From positions 1 through 49,767 of the forward strand of contig NW_021834183.1 in assembly GCF_006345805.1 (NCBI RefSeq): DNA of 49,767 nt, in the 5' to 3' direction. Under the pieces are notes generated by a model. The model saw nothing but the letters and a program-made list of their open reading frames with translations, was not told the DNA's origin and did no database searches. Of the stretch, positions 33,771 to 47,271 are shown one piece after another; position 1 is the first letter of the stretch; each line of letters opens with the position of its first letter. The translations under genes and the position numbers were made by a program. Source of the DNA: Octopus sinensis. Taxonomy: Eukaryota.

Positions 33771-34560
33771 TAATATATTATGCAATTTGGTAATTTACTA
33801 AAAGTGAGGTGGGTGTAGTTGAGATTATATAATGAATTGTGTAATATATTATGCAATTTAGGGAGGTCCCGAATTGTTACGATATAGGAGTACTTAAAAT
33901 TATGTAATAAATTGCGTAATATATTATGCAATTTTGGGAAGTTCCTAAATGTTAAGATATGTGGGTAATTTTTTTTACAACTTTATGAATAGTGAATGGA
34001 AGTGAAAAGATAGCTAAGCTAATTACTGGCCTCACGAGACACCCGGCCAGCCTCTCGAATGGCGAAGCCGTTCCCTCGATCACAGCAATCGACAGAATAA
34101 AAAGAGTTAACTCAGAAAGCTATTATTTCATCTGGCGGATTTATGATTCGAAAGACTACAGAAACTCCTAAACCAACTTCTTAACTCTAAATTAATTATT
34201 TGAATAATGCACTGTTATTTTGTAATGTTGTTTTTGAAGTAAATTAGATCAACGTTAAGTTAGTTCCTTTAACCTATTTCGAAATAATTTCAAATACAAT
34301 TTACACGTTTAAAAGTAATTTTAGATAAAATATCACAATACTGTGTTATTTTATCATTGGCAAAATATTTTACCTGTCCAATATAATTTACTTATTATGC
34401 TAATTATCCCAAAAATAGTAAATATATACAGTGAACAAAAATAAAAACTGAAAAAGCATTTTCTCACGAATTTACTATGAAAAAATATCTAAAAATAACT
34501 TCTATTGATTTAAAACATTAAATAAAGTATTTTTTAGTTTTTTAAAAAAATATTATATTT

Positions 34561-36799
34561 TGTGACATGGGTAATCAGGCCCCTATAGGCAACCTGTTCT
34601 TTACGTGTTACTGTGGCAACTACTTAACAAATTAATACTAAAAAAATTTTTTAAAACAAGTCAAACACTAATAAATTAATAGTTAATCAGAAACTAAGCA
34701 GATCTCACTCCAGCTCGCTGATATCCACCAGCTGATATCTCCTTCTCTTGGAAGAAGAGCCTACTTCCAGCTGCCTTTTACTCCTCATTACCACATCTGA
34801 TTTAACCATTGCATCCTCTTTAGAATTCATTGGGTCGTCTTCATTTTTGCATGCCATCTCCACATACCGGTTGCAAGCAGAAGCGTAATCTTCACCAGAT
34901 ACCTTCATTCCGCGCTTGTGTTCGATCATCATACTCTCGAGCGTTCTTTTCAGTAAAACGGATTGGATGTATGTCCTCGTTCCTGCCTCAATAGATAGTT
35001 TTTTTCATTTATTTAAAGACCAAACACGGGTAAGCCAGTTAATTATTATAATCCCCCTGGTCCCCGATTCAAGCGAGGGAGATCCTACTGAAAGGTTCGA
35101 TCCTGCCCACATGAACCGGCCTGAGACGACGATGTCCCAGGGTCAGAGTTCTAGAAATCCTTTTTCGGTAGGCATTAAGTGCCTCCTGAGCGTTTCCATA
35201 TCCGATTGGAAATTCCAACTGACATGGTGGACCCCATAACGCCACGCTAAGACCGGAAGGAAGGTAAGAGATCCCCATTTCCAACTGTGTCGTGCCAGAA
35301 GTACTCGTTGCCTCACGGGCAGGGGAACGATAACGAGAATTGACCCCAGGATGAAACTAGCCTCCTTCGGAATCGAACTCACGACTGTCCAAATCCATTA
35401 TCCATAGCTTAGTCTTCAGCCAAGATAGTTTCTTCATATAATTTTTGAAGCATTTTGAAATTAATACTAATAACTTTAAAAACTAATTAATAGATATTTA
35501 ATAGTTATTTTTTTAAACGCCACATCAACACCGATTTTTTCTCACTATTTGAAAATTCGACCTAACCATGAATTTCGACCTATACCTCTACGCGTGAATT
35601 GGACAAAATTGTGCGTATTTCACTAGTATCGGAATACTTGGATTCGAATTTATCCAACATTAAAGCTGGATTCGTCCCGTAATCCTTTGCAATCCGAACC
35701 TTAATAAGATTCAAAAACAATTTACAACTTTGTCCCCTATGGCATAATTGTATTACTACAATGCACGCCCATTTTCCTATTTATCCTCTTGTAGTATTGA
35801 TCATCCCACCGATCGGATGTATTTAGAAATTAAAAGATGTTTCTGCTGACGATTCTTGAGGTTACTTAAAATATGCCACCTTCTACAGATTCGATGATCG
35901 GTAACAGATTTGTTCCTAGAATTTCTCGATAACGCTTGAATGAGGTCTCATTCGAAAATGAATGCATCGTTGTATTGTAGCAATACACCGAATATCTGAG
36001 AATGGAGACCCATTTATTTTCATTAGGATACTTCAACTTCGATAGTGATCTCGTAATTGTCTGATTAAAGCGTTCGACTATACCTTACAAAATAATGTAT
36101 TCCATAAGGTAACCTGTGATCTAGGGTTATTAGGTCTGCCGTGTATATGTTGAAATTTGAACTTTTCGAAGAGAACCCGAATGTCAATATTTTTGAATTC
36201 TGTCCTATTGTCGGATTGTAGAATCTGACAGGGACCATTCAGATAAAATAGGGACTCGAGATTTTTTGAAACCTCGACTCATGAGTCATGACTTATTCAT
36301 TAGTGGCCTAGCAAAAGCAAAACTATGATAATTATAATCATAAAACCGACTATACGTCAATAACGGATAAAATCCATTTGTATTCTCCGTTAACGTTTTC
36401 AAACCTTTTCAGATCAATATGATAAATTTGAAACCGCTTATTAGAGCAAAGCAAAAACATGTTAGTTTCATCCACGGTCTAAATTATTACTAAAACAGAC
36501 TTAACTTTAAGTGGAAGAGAAAGACATCGCAATCTAATATGACTTTTCTTATGACCTCACTTTTCACGATAAAGTATGCCTGCGACAGAGAAATTCAATT
36601 TTGTTGAGGCCTCCGTGAGACATCAGTGTAGAGAACGAGCATGGATCTCCATCTCTGCTAGACAGTCCAAAGGAATTGGTAATTTTTCAATTTCCCCTTT
36701 CAAATAAAGTCTTTAATTAAAGTCTTTAATTAATACTTATCAATTTTTTAACAAAAATTTGAAGCTTTTTTGGCCAACCGGCGTTTGCTTCGGGCATTC
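34561..36799 (-). mobile_element. Ginger-like element, duplicate copy truncated inside the integrase 5' region
   Basis: TGTGACATGGG at 34561; identity to the first copy ends at 36799. Confidence 0.78.
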
Positions 36800-37309
36800 T
36801 TTCTGATTTTTCCCATGAAATCGCATGCAAAGCAGGGATAATGTCCAAAGCGAGGTCTTGCGAAAGTCACACGTTCCTTTCTTGGCAGTAGTGATTCTGA
36901 TTCATCGATTTCCGAGAAGGTTCTTGGAGTATTTGGTTCGGTGATATTCTCCAGAGGGGCCTCGTAGAGATACAGTATTAGAGCCGATCTTCTTTTCTGT
37001 TTCCCAAAGGGGATTTTTAACAGAGTTTTTTTCCGGGTTAGCACAGGTAGCACGTATTTGCCTTTTGTTGGCAGATTTGCGAAGTTTGTGTGCCGGGTGG
37101 TAAGCAGCCGTGGAGTCCGCCATTTCGAGATGGTCAGTTTTGTTTCCCAGTGTAGGTGATCGATAGGGGAAGATTTTAAACATCCAGGTTATATCTTTGG
37201 AGAGAGGACTTATTCTGGTTTCTTTTAAGAGTGAACTGATAAGTTTGAAAAGGCAGTCGACAGTATGTTTACGGAGGACGGGAATTCTGCGAGTGTTTTA
37301 AACAAATAA

Positions 37310-37570
37310 ATGAGTTTGCTACAATTGCAGGATTTCTTGCCTGAATGTATGCAACTCTCGACGAAGAATATGGATTTTTGGCTCATCAAAGCTGCTCAAA
37401 GAAAATATTTGTTTAAGAACATTAATTTTAAAGTGCTACATTCGGCGTTCTTCAAATGTAAGGAAAAACAAAATGTTGACCCAGCCACGACTTCAGAGTG
37501 GTTATCTAAAGGAAACAACGGTCTACGAAGTGTGGCATTGTACTGTTTTTTGCAGGACAGGAATTTAATT
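37310..37570 (+). mobile_element. Non-LTR retroelement post-RT fragment (R4-like)
   Basis: KVLHSAFF...VDPATTSEWLSKGN...ALYCFLQDRN resembles the LH..F...D...S.WL..G...QD motif. Confidence 0.5.
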
Positions 37571-37580
37571 CACTTTAGAT

Positions 37581-37603
37581 TAGGGGTGTCAAACATGCGG
37601 CCC
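37581..37603 (+). mobile_element. Solo hAT (Buster/Charlie-like) terminus
   Basis: TAGGGGTGTCAAACATGCGGCCC resembles common hAT termini; no partner end found. Confidence 0.45.
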
Positions 37604-38345
37604 TCAAAAGGCATAGGTGCGGCCAATAGCGTACTTTGGCAAACATAAGTGCGGTCTGATCTAATCATCTATCATACAATTATTTCGAAGGTATTAAGTT
37701 GCTTATTAACCAAGAAGGTTCAATGCGTGTTTCAAAGCTAAATGAATTGCGAAAAAATTTATCTGCGTTACAGACTCATTTCACAAAAAGTCAGAAATCG
37801 TGAATTCATTGTTAAATTCTGGTATAATATCACTGACATGAAAAATTCAGCCCCCAAAGGACTAAATTCTTCCCTGGCGTATGAGTTTTTGGCATTTTTG
37901 ATCAGCTCGCAGATTTGGCAAGAGGGAATAAATCTGACTGTTTTTTTATTGTCCAAGAAGGTTACGGTTATCTTTGTTCATGTTAATTTGATTAATTTTC
38001 GTGTAGTGGTTAATGAGAGTGTTCGCTTTTTCGAGTAATGTCTTGTCCGAAATAGTTATGACAATATTATATTTTTGTAATATATCCCTAGTCAAATAAA
38101 AGCTGCATAACTTGTCTTACAATGGGTCTTTTGATAATAAAAAAAGTGTTAATTTTATGTAAAACGGTTTTTTGAAACTTTTCTTGTTTTACAAAATTTT
38201 AAACAAAGAACACGTCAAAGTTGTACAAAATAACCAGGAAAGTGAACACAAAAACTTAAACTGAAAACTTAATTTGAAATCTTGCATTTTAAAACACATA
38301 AATCAATGATATGATTAGAAATATTAATAAGTATTATTTTTAAAT

Positions 38346-39019
38346 TTACGCAAATAAGATGTATGCACTATACATAAATAAAAACAGATACTTTTTGAAC
38401 GTAGCAATCTTCTCCATCCCAACAACGACTCCTCTTGTCCCACAAAACCATCGCGATAAGATCAAGCTCAATCAATATCTAAAAACTCAGTTCATCAAAA
38501 AACATTATCAACGACCCCCTCAATTTGCCTATCGGTGAGGGTTTGATCCCCAAGAAGTAACTCGATAGTCTTAGAAATGTCATTTCTTCCAATTTGCCCA
38601 TCTTCATCAAAAGGCAAATCTGGCTAATTTATTGCAAAAACCATTTAAACGAAAAATTAAATTGGCTTTGACCGACTGATCAGCCCTAGGTGACAGAAGA
38701 GAGATTAAATTGACATAATCATCAAATCCATAAGAGATTTGTCTTCAGTAATGACTTTGAAGATCCTCTCAACATAAGGATTAGACTGCCTTCAGAAAAC
38801 GCGATACCTCAAACTCTGGCAGAGCAGCGAACTGTTCGAAGGTGATTGAGGGATTGCCAGTTTCTTCATTGATGACGACATCGTTTTTGCCAAATTTTTT
38901 AAAAAGACGTAAAATCTCTTCACGATGTAAATAGGTTAGTTCCTGGAGAATAGAAAAAAGGCAGGAACAGTGTATTCGTTCATTCTTTCCTCGGAAATAG
39001 TGCTTTGTTTATTGCCCAT
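38346..39019 (-). CDS. CIB-family EF-hand gene, full-length span but with several indels
   Basis: Continues ...TIELLLGDQTLTDRQIEGVVDN/ILIELDL.RDGFVG.EE with mini-introns; indels at about 38430-38730 are absent where the first copy overlaps. Confidence 0.72.
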
Positions 39020-39237
39020 AAAATGCTTAGCAACGACCTGGTCAATCCAAATGGATTAATTTAATAGTTCAAATTAAAAAATAAACAATTTTTTAAAGTA
39101 TATTTTTAATTATAAAATTAGTCTTTGTACTTTTATAAATTTCATCGATTTCAGATAGCTCTAGATCTACAAGATTGATTGATGGTATTTAAATAATAGC
39201 AAATATGCAATTTTTTATTTCTAAACATTATTTAATG

Positions 39238-39766
39238 CAGTGATTCTCAACCGTGGTGCATGGAAAAAAAATTGATACATGCTATTATTTTTATGTTGGG
39301 ACATAATCCATCTGAAATTTTACAAGTAATGTGACCATTTTTATGTTCCTAGAATTTACCTTTGAGTAATGATACGATTTCAAGATTGATTTCAGAAAAT
39401 GAGAAATATTAAATTGGATTTTTGCTAAATTTAATGAAATTTCCTTTAAATTGCAGGGAAATTTTGTAACTATGTTTGACGTCAGAGTTACAATAATTGC
39501 ATTTATTGAGCGATCAACGTAACAAGCTTGATACCTGCTCGCGAGCAGATGTTAGATTATTTTTAATACGCTTAAACACTGATATTCAGAAACTATTTAA
39601 AATGCATGAAAACGAAGGCTCCCATTAAATACTTAGAAAAATATTTTAAGTCTCTAAATTTAATTAAAAGAAATAAATAAGTCTGTTTTTTTGGTACACG
39701 AAATAACTTGGTTTCGTACATTGACTTTTCTTTTTGGGACACCAAAAAAAAGGTTGAGAATCACTG
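39238..39766. mobile_element. hAT MITE, duplicate
   Basis: Same TIRs and ATTTAATG TSD as 665-1193. Confidence 0.92.
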
Positions 39767-40075
39767 ATTTAATGGTTATAACCCTTGTTTACAAAAACAT
39801 CTATCAACAAATCCAAAAAAATCAAAAATGTCCAAAAATTTATCCTTAAAAAATAATTAAAAATTCTTTGTAAATATCATTTCAATCTGAGTTGAAAAAC
39901 CTGGTGAATCAAATAATAGCTTATTTATTCGAATTTTTAAAAATTTTTTGTTATTGAAATAGTCTCGTCCATTATTCGTTGGTAAAAATGCTGAACTAAT
40001 AAAAAGATAAATTATGTGTATATAACGATCCTTTACACTTTCGCGAAATGATTTTTTCTTCCAATAAATAAAAAA

Positions 40076-40614
40076 ATGAATTATTTGGTCAATTTTATTA
40101 GTTTCCTATGGATTATTTACTTAATCTATGACAAAATAAAGCAGGAAATTGTTTCAATCGAGATGGGTATTATATCACAAGACCGGCTCAAACAAGTCGA
40201 AATCGACAATTTCCACAAATATGATTTACTGGCAAATGAACTTTTGATACTCTATGAAGCGCAGGTAAAAAATATTCCGGTGGTTCTGACGTGGGACAGA
40301 AATGTCTCCAAATGATCTAAATATTATATGGATAAAATAATCATTGAAAAAGCAACGAGAACCTACATCCAATCCGTTGTACTAAAAAGAATTCTCGAAA
40401 GTATGTTAACTGAACACAAGCATTGGATGAGGGTATCTGGTGACGAATACGCCTCTGCTACCGACCAAATGTGAAACCGGCATGCTGTCGGGACACGTCA
40501 ATTAAAGCTATAACAACTTTGTCTGATGGAGAGATAGAGAGGGAGGAGAGCGAGGAACTAGCAGCAAATTCTCCCCCTAAAAAGAAGAGAAAGATCTTCA
40601 ACAATAAGGAGTGA
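40076..40614 (+). pseudogene. Unnamed ORF family member (less decayed allele/paralog)
   Basis: 79-aa ORF 40076-40315 is open, followed by ...RTYIQSVVLKRILESMLTEHKHWMRVSGDEYASA and a shifted acidic tail ending SPPKKKRKIFNNKE*. Confidence 0.55.
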
Positions 40615-40759
40615 AAACCTTAACTAAATAGTGTAACCTAATTAGTATTTGTCTATTTTTTTATAAATGATTTATTTAATTGTAATTCGATCTATCTGAG
40701 TTATTCTCAAATTGTAATTAGAATAGAAGTTTCCATAGTGAGAAGAAGAAATATCTAAA

Positions 40760-42796
40760 ATGGAAATAACATATGTCTACACCAAGACACGAGCTGAATT
40801 CGGGAAACAGTGTATATTTACAGACAAGAACCCGGAATTGATTGTCGACATTAAACCTAAACCAGAAGACAAAGAAAACTTCATAGAATTCAACTATTGC
40901 GATAAAGAAGTGAACCATATTCCAGAAATATCAGAACACGAAGTATATTTTGCTATTTTTACTGATTTGAAATATTTATTCAAAACAAATCATTTAGGTT
41001 AATACCGAGTCGTTCAGGACGAATAACACCGGAATTAATCACGTTGAGGGTGGCTGGCCAAAGGACATCAATTGTGAGGATGTCGACCAAATACAACGAT
41101 TTAGAAAAAAGGTTGAGAAAGACGACGTTTATATTACATCAGTCCGCAACCTTTCAATTGTATAGTTCTGATTTGAACGTATAGATTATTGAACGACAAA
41201 TAATGAGAAACAATGCCATCGACATTTACGAAGAATATTTTGATGAGTTTGATGGCGATTCTTTCGACGCTCAGCCAGCCGCCAAAATAACAAACTATTT
41301 TCGAGATCCCAATGGAAAGGACCGAGTCGTATCCTCAATTTCCTGGAATCCCACCGATTCTAAAAAAATCGTTGCTGCGTATAGTTTTTTGAGCCCTTCA
41401 TTTACTGCCCCAGTTGCCAATTACGACTCATACGTCTGGGATTTATGTTTTTTTATGTTTTTATTAGATTAGCTTTTCCTAACAACCCGGAGTTTATTCT
41501 CCATACAATATCTCCAATTTTGACGAGTTCCTACTCCCCAAAAGACTCACACGTGATTCTCGGAGGTTGTTATAACGGACAGATTGGTTGTTTATTAAAT
41601 TGACATTAACTAGGATTTTGGGATACCCGAAAAGGGACAACTGCTGTGGACTATACACGGGTAGAAGTGTCGCACAAGGATCCAGTCTATGGGGCAATCT
41701 GGATAAATTCAAAATCCGGAAGCGAGTTTTTCACAGCTTCCACGGATGGATGTGTTTATTGGTGGGACACAAGAAAACTAACGGACCCCGTGGATATAAT
41801 ATATCTTGACACTACTAAAAAACAAGACCCGACGAAAGCTATAGGAGCCACCTGCCTGGAATATGAACCGACTATTGTATAATTTATAAACATTTCAGCC
41901 AACTAAATTTATGGCGGGTTCTGAGATGGGTTCAGTAATTCTCTGCAATCGGAAAGGGAAGACAAACGCAGAAAAAGTCGTCTCCGTGTTTAATGGACAT
42001 AAGGGACCGATTTATTCAGTGAAAAGAAATCCGTTCTATCCCAAACAATTCCTCACTGTGGGCGATTGGACTGCAAGGGTAAAATTCTGAATTGGTTAGA
42101 TGGCAGATATGGTCAGAGGATATCAAGGATTCATCGATCATGTGGACTCAGTATGAATCTAATTAATATGTTAGTAATCACATGAACTTCCTGACAGACG
42201 CCGCATGGAGTCCTACAAGACCGGGAGTTTTCTTTACAACGAGAGTGGACGGTGTCCTTGATGTTTGGGATCTTTGTTTTAATCATTCCAATTGTGCTTT
42301 ATCCATCAAAGTTTTATTTTTACAACAATTTAAAGCTGGACGAGTCGGCTCTGCATAGTTTACAAATAAACGAAACAGGGAAATGTGCTGTTTCAGGATC
42401 GGCTTCGGGAAATATAGCATTTTTGGAGTTTTCAGATTCAATCTACGCACTCCAAAAATCAGAAAAAAATACAGTTTCATCCGTAATCATTGTTTGAACC
42501 CAATCCCGGTAGATATTTGAACGGGAGACAAAACGCATGAAAATATATGAATCCCGGCAAAAAGAACTGAGATTCCGTGCCAAGTCACCTCATTCGACTA
42601 ATCCAGTACATATTTAAATTTTAGTATTTGATAGGATGAGGATATGGCTCAAAATGATGAAGCTGAAGAAATCGACGTGAAAGGCGAATTTTTCAAGTTT
42701 ATAGAATCTGAAAAAAAAATTCGGAACGAAATTGAATCCAAAAAACCACCAAAAATTCGATTTTCCATGGTTTTTAGGTATAGGCGTCATTGTTAG
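40760..42796 (+). CDS. DNAI2: Axonemal dynein intermediate chain 2, duplicate
   Basis: Copy of 2160-4196 at offset 38600. Confidence 0.92.
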
Positions 42797-43335
42797 CACA
42801 CCAATGGGGGCACCAGTACTCGGCCTAGTCAATTCTCAATTGGAGAAAATCACGAAAATAATCCTTAAATAATTAATTCAAATTAATTACTATTAACACT
42901 AGTAATTTAAAATTAAACCGAATTTAAACACATACACTCTGACGTTGTTATGACTCACAACGTGGCTTAAAAACTGCAATTGTATCAATGAGTCATCTCT
43001 TTTCCTAAAATTGTTTTTTCTCTTTGATTTGCTGTTATTGTTCTAAAAAGTTCGTAATAATCGATAAATAATTTGGGTGTCTGCCTTGATACTGTTTCTT
43101 TGATTTTACTAATAACTTTCAGCCGGTCTTTAATTTCTGGTAATCTGGCCTATTATAAAAAGTTGTTTCTTCTTCAATTACTTTTTGTTAAAAAACTTCA
43201 TCGAATTCCTCTGCATATTAATTTTTTTCGGATATTTGGAAGATATTGTGGATTTTTAATTCTTTCAGAATTTATCTCTGGTACAATCCCACCTTTCGCA
43301 AGGGATTTACTTTTTATGTCAACCTGACGGCTCTA

Positions 43336-43576
43336 AACAAATGTGATGGTGGAATACGGCCCAATGCTGTTGGGAGCGTCTTTTGAGGCCTGGCGGACAA
43401 AATTATTTGCCGTTCGGTTCTTCCCGAAGCAAGTATACTTTTAATACCGACCCAACTGGGTGTGGGTGTGAATGGAGCCTGCGAAGTACCCGCTCATAGC
43501 ATATGGCAGTTGCCTTTTTCGGAAAATAATAAAATCCCCTTCTTCCTTATAACTTGATGTCAAAAACGACTTCAAT
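43336..43576 (+). mobile_element. CRE-like RT remnant, duplicate
   Basis: Copy of 4736-4976. Confidence 0.68.
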
Positions 43577-44463
43577 TAATTCCTTTTCCTGAACAGTGTG
43601 CGTTGTCGGAATATGCTGCAGGTGCCAACGAATGGATTTCTCGTAGATTTCTCATTGAACTAACATAAGGTGCACTTGTAACTGAAAAATTCTGAAACTA
43701 TGCAGGTTCGCTTAACATCAGTGACAGAACACATATATACATACAATTTCTTACAAAAACAGAGTTGAACCGTGGGAAGGAGTCTTGAACTAGACAAAAA
43801 ATATATGATTATCAAATAAGTGTGGCTAAAACATTGCCAGTGCCTGTCAGCACCTCGAAAGGAAAGAAGCGTGTTTGCCTACATAAATCACTTTGCAAAT
43901 AGAAGAAATAACGACAAGATAAAAAAGATTATTTAGTTAATTGGCACGGATTAAATAATGCCCCAAGTTTGATAATACCCCCATAAAATGTACTAAAATC
44001 AAATTAAAATAACCTGATAATTAATAAAAAAATCTGATAATGGAACTAAGTCGATTTATTCTATTTTGGTAACCAAATTGATGCATTTAGGCTGCAGACA
44101 AACATATTATTATTATTAACCCCCAAGCTTGCATAGCAAACCCAGCACAAACAGTCATAGCTAAATAATCGAATGAAGAAGCCAAAGAAGAAGGAACTGT
44201 CCGTGCTGATCAGTATTAGCCTCCAAATCTTCAATACAGCCTTCCGGATCCACAAAAGGTGGAAAATATCTGGTTCGCCCAGTTCTCATTTGTCAGCCTC
44301 CTACTGTCGCTCATCGCACGTCATTTGTTTTCGGAAGGGTTTTACATGATTAAGATTTTTTCATTGATAATATGATCAGACAAACATAGGTAAAAGATAG
44401 TTTATTTATGATACGTATTTAAAAATAAACAAAACAAAAGGCAATCAGGGACGATCCGCAGAT

Positions 44464-44549
44464 AGAATTGAGAAACTGTTCCCCCTGAGAACGGCTATTG
44501 AGACACGCTCAAAGAGCCGGCTAAGCTCTAGGGGGTTGTTTCTAATTCT
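44464..44549. other. Long hairpin, duplicate
   Basis: Copy of 5864-5949. Confidence 0.55.
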
Positions 44550-44669
44550 TCCGAGGTGGCGGCCTCTCTTGGTGAGAAAACAAAGAGTTGATGGTCGAAG
44601 CGTTTATATATAATAGTTCTAATAAATTTTTTGTCCTATTTAAATAATTAGATAAATATATATCACGTG

Positions 44670-45743
44670 ATGGGCATTAGATACTACACCGCACGTTTAT
44701 TCAATAATTTTCTGAGAAATCTCTCCAATGATTCCCGAGCAATTGTTTACCATTCGAGAGGTGACCCCATCAAAGTTACTCAAATCGATAAAATAACTCT
44801 TCCACAAATTGCTCCTGATGAACTCCGTCTGAGAGTGTTGATGGCACCAATCAACCCCTCGGATATAAACATGATTCAGGGACGCTACGGATATCTTCCC
44901 TCCCTTCCGGCGGTGGGCGGAAATGAGTGTGTTGCCGAGATCCAACAGATTGGATCGAATGTAAAAAATTTTAAAATCGGAGACCGAGTCTTTCCTGCTG
45001 AGCCAGGGAATGGGACGTGGTGTGAAAATTGTAATGTAAAGGCCAATGAAATGATCAAACTTCCTGTCGACGTTCCTTCTGTAGTTGGGGCGTCTATTGT
45101 TGTGAATCCATGCAGTGCGTATAGAATGGTCAAGGACTACGGAGCACAACCAGGGGACTATATCATCCAAAATGGAGCAACCTCCGGAGTGGGAGAGGCT
45201 GTTATTCAGTTTGCCAAGATATTCGGAATTCGAACCATTAATGTTGTCCGAGAATCCACTTCTGATGACATTAAGCAGTATCTAACTGATTTGGGTGCCG
45301 ATTATGTAATCACCGACAAGTTTCTCCAGTCGGCAAGTATGAAGAATCTTATCAAAGATGTTGGAGCACCCAAATTGGCCCTGAATTGTGTCGGGGGGCA
45401 GTCGGCCACTGAATTGTTTCGTAATTTGGGTCAAGATGGAGTTATGGTCACTTTTGGTGCCATGGCACGGGATCCTCCAAAAATTCCAATGGGGAAATTC
45501 ATCTTTCTCAATTTGAAGATTGTCGGCTTTTGGCTGACTCAGTGGAAAGCCAAGAATTCAAATAACGAGGCTTATCAGCTTATGTTAGATGATATTTTCA
45601 AGTTCTCCGTTGAAGGCAAGTTCAAGGCTCCTAGATTTAAGTTTTTCGATTTCGACGATTTCAAGACTCCTCTTGAGCAGATTGCAGCTCCTGGCGTCTC
45701 TAAAGGCAAGTCTATGCTTGTCATGGATCGTTCGTACATTTAG
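44670..45743 (+). CDS. MECR: Mitochondrial trans-2-enoyl-CoA reductase, duplicate
   Basis: Same protein as 6070-7143. Confidence 0.93.
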   Translation: MGIRYYTARLFNNFLRNLSNDSRAIVYHSRGDPIKVTQIDKITLPQIAPDELRLRVLMAPINPSDINMIQGRYGYLPSLPAVGGNECVAEIQQIGSNVKNFKIGDRVFPAEPGNGTWCENCNVKANEMIKLPVDVPSVVGASIVVNPCSAYRMVKDYGAQPGDYIIQNGATSGVGEAVIQFAKIFGIRTINVVRESTSDDIKQYLTDLGADYVITDKFLQSASMKNLIKDVGAPKLALNCVGGQSATELFRNLGQDGVMVTFGAMARDPPKIPMGKFIFLNLKIVGFWLTQWKAKNSNNEAYQLMLDDIFKFSVEGKFKAPRFKFFDFDDFKTPLEQIAAPGVSKGKSMLVMDRSYI

Positions 45744-46364
45744 AATTGTTTCTTTTTTACGGACTTTTTGTTTTTATTTTTTAGATATTGAAAATTAAAT
45801 GGGTTTCTCTTATTTATAAATGAACAAAAATAATTAGTTTTATAAAAAAATTATGTCGTTTATAGCTAATATAATTGATTCGATTTTTGATTTCTAAAAT
45901 TTTGGTCTGAAGTTTTCTTTGATTTTATTTGGTCAGCTTTGATCAATCTTTTCAATGTTTATTATAAACGAGTGTCGATAACCCTGAAAGTTGCAATCAC
46001 CATTGTTAAATTTTTGGAACCACTGTGAAAAAATGTATTTTAGTCGATTTTAAATAATAGATATTATTGAAGGTTCCATGCATCGAATATGCAAACCAGA
46101 TTGACAAGTGACGCCGTCATCAGTGAGTGATCTCACTGAGGAACCTGATGTCTTCATCGGCCACACTACAAAAAAAGGGGGACAGGATGGACCAGAGACA
46201 TGTGTCTTCGTTTGGATTAGTTAGTTTGTTGGTAACATTTTCTCATTCTGTCTTGGTCTTTATAAAAAAAATAAAAAAATGAAAAATAAAGTGTGGCCGG
46301 CCTAAGCGAGATGTCAACATGTCGTTTACAACTTGCGGTAGGGCTATTTACGATATTGATATTA

Positions 46365-47271
46365 TGTCACATGGGTGATCAGACCCCTATGGGCAACCTG
46401 GCCTTTACGTGTTTCCATGGCAACTACATAGCAAATATTTACTAAAAGGCCAACTAAAATAAAGGCAATCGATCCGAACTAATGATTGAACTTTAAATTT
46501 TTGAGAAAATGATGTTTTATATTTGAACCATGCTTGCTTTAAAATAATAAAATTCTTTACAACATTAGCAAATTATAACGTGAATTATTTTTATTTTTGA
46601 TAATATAAATTGCAACATTAGCAAATTATAATTTACATCAAATTTTTTGCAAAGTTTGTAACAACTTTAACTCTAACCTTAACCCAAACCCTAACGTTGG
46701 CAAGTGCCAACATAAATATTCAAAATCTAAACCTAACCTTAACCCAAACCCTAACGTTGGCAAGTGACAACATAAAATTCAAAATCTAAACCCTAACCTT
46801 AACCCAAACCCTAACGTTGGCAGTGACAACATAAATATTCAAAATCTAACCCTGACCTTAACCCAAACCCTAACTCGAAATTAAATGATGTTTCTGCTGA
46901 CGATTCTTCAGACATTTTTTACAAAAATTGGAAGCCTTTTTGGCCAACCGGTGTTTGCTTCGAGCATTCATATCCTCCGGGAATATCCCGATTAACGCTT
47001 CCTTAATTTGATTGTATTCGTTAATATTTCTGACGTAACCCTTAAACCCAGACATCACAAAGTGTGAGTAACCACGCTGTTAAAATTAATATACTTTTGG
47101 GTAAGCCATTTTTAAAAGATAATTCAAATGTAATTTTAAATTAGAATAATTGATTAATCTACACTCTTCCATATATAAATTGCTATATTCAATATTTAAT
47201 ACCTTCTGCGGTTTCCATAGAAACACGTAAAAGGACTGGCTGCCCATAGCGACATAGTCGCCCATGTGACA
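46365..47271. mobile_element. Non-autonomous Ginger-like element with minisatellite, duplicate
   Basis: Same termini and TATTA TSD as 7757-8663; minisatellite at about 46673-46874. Confidence 0.85.

Larger units (their letters stand above)
27104..36799 (+). repeat. Segment B': second copy of 11271-20980
   Basis: Offset 15833 at the left end; many 1-2 nt indels beyond about 31000. Confidence 0.96.

Noticed and set aside
31000-38730. Pseudogenisation implied by many frameshifts in B' and the second CIB copy
   Set aside because: Differences are mostly 1-2 nt indels, and different copies break at different sites, which is typical of long-read consensus error. Cannot be used as biology without reads.
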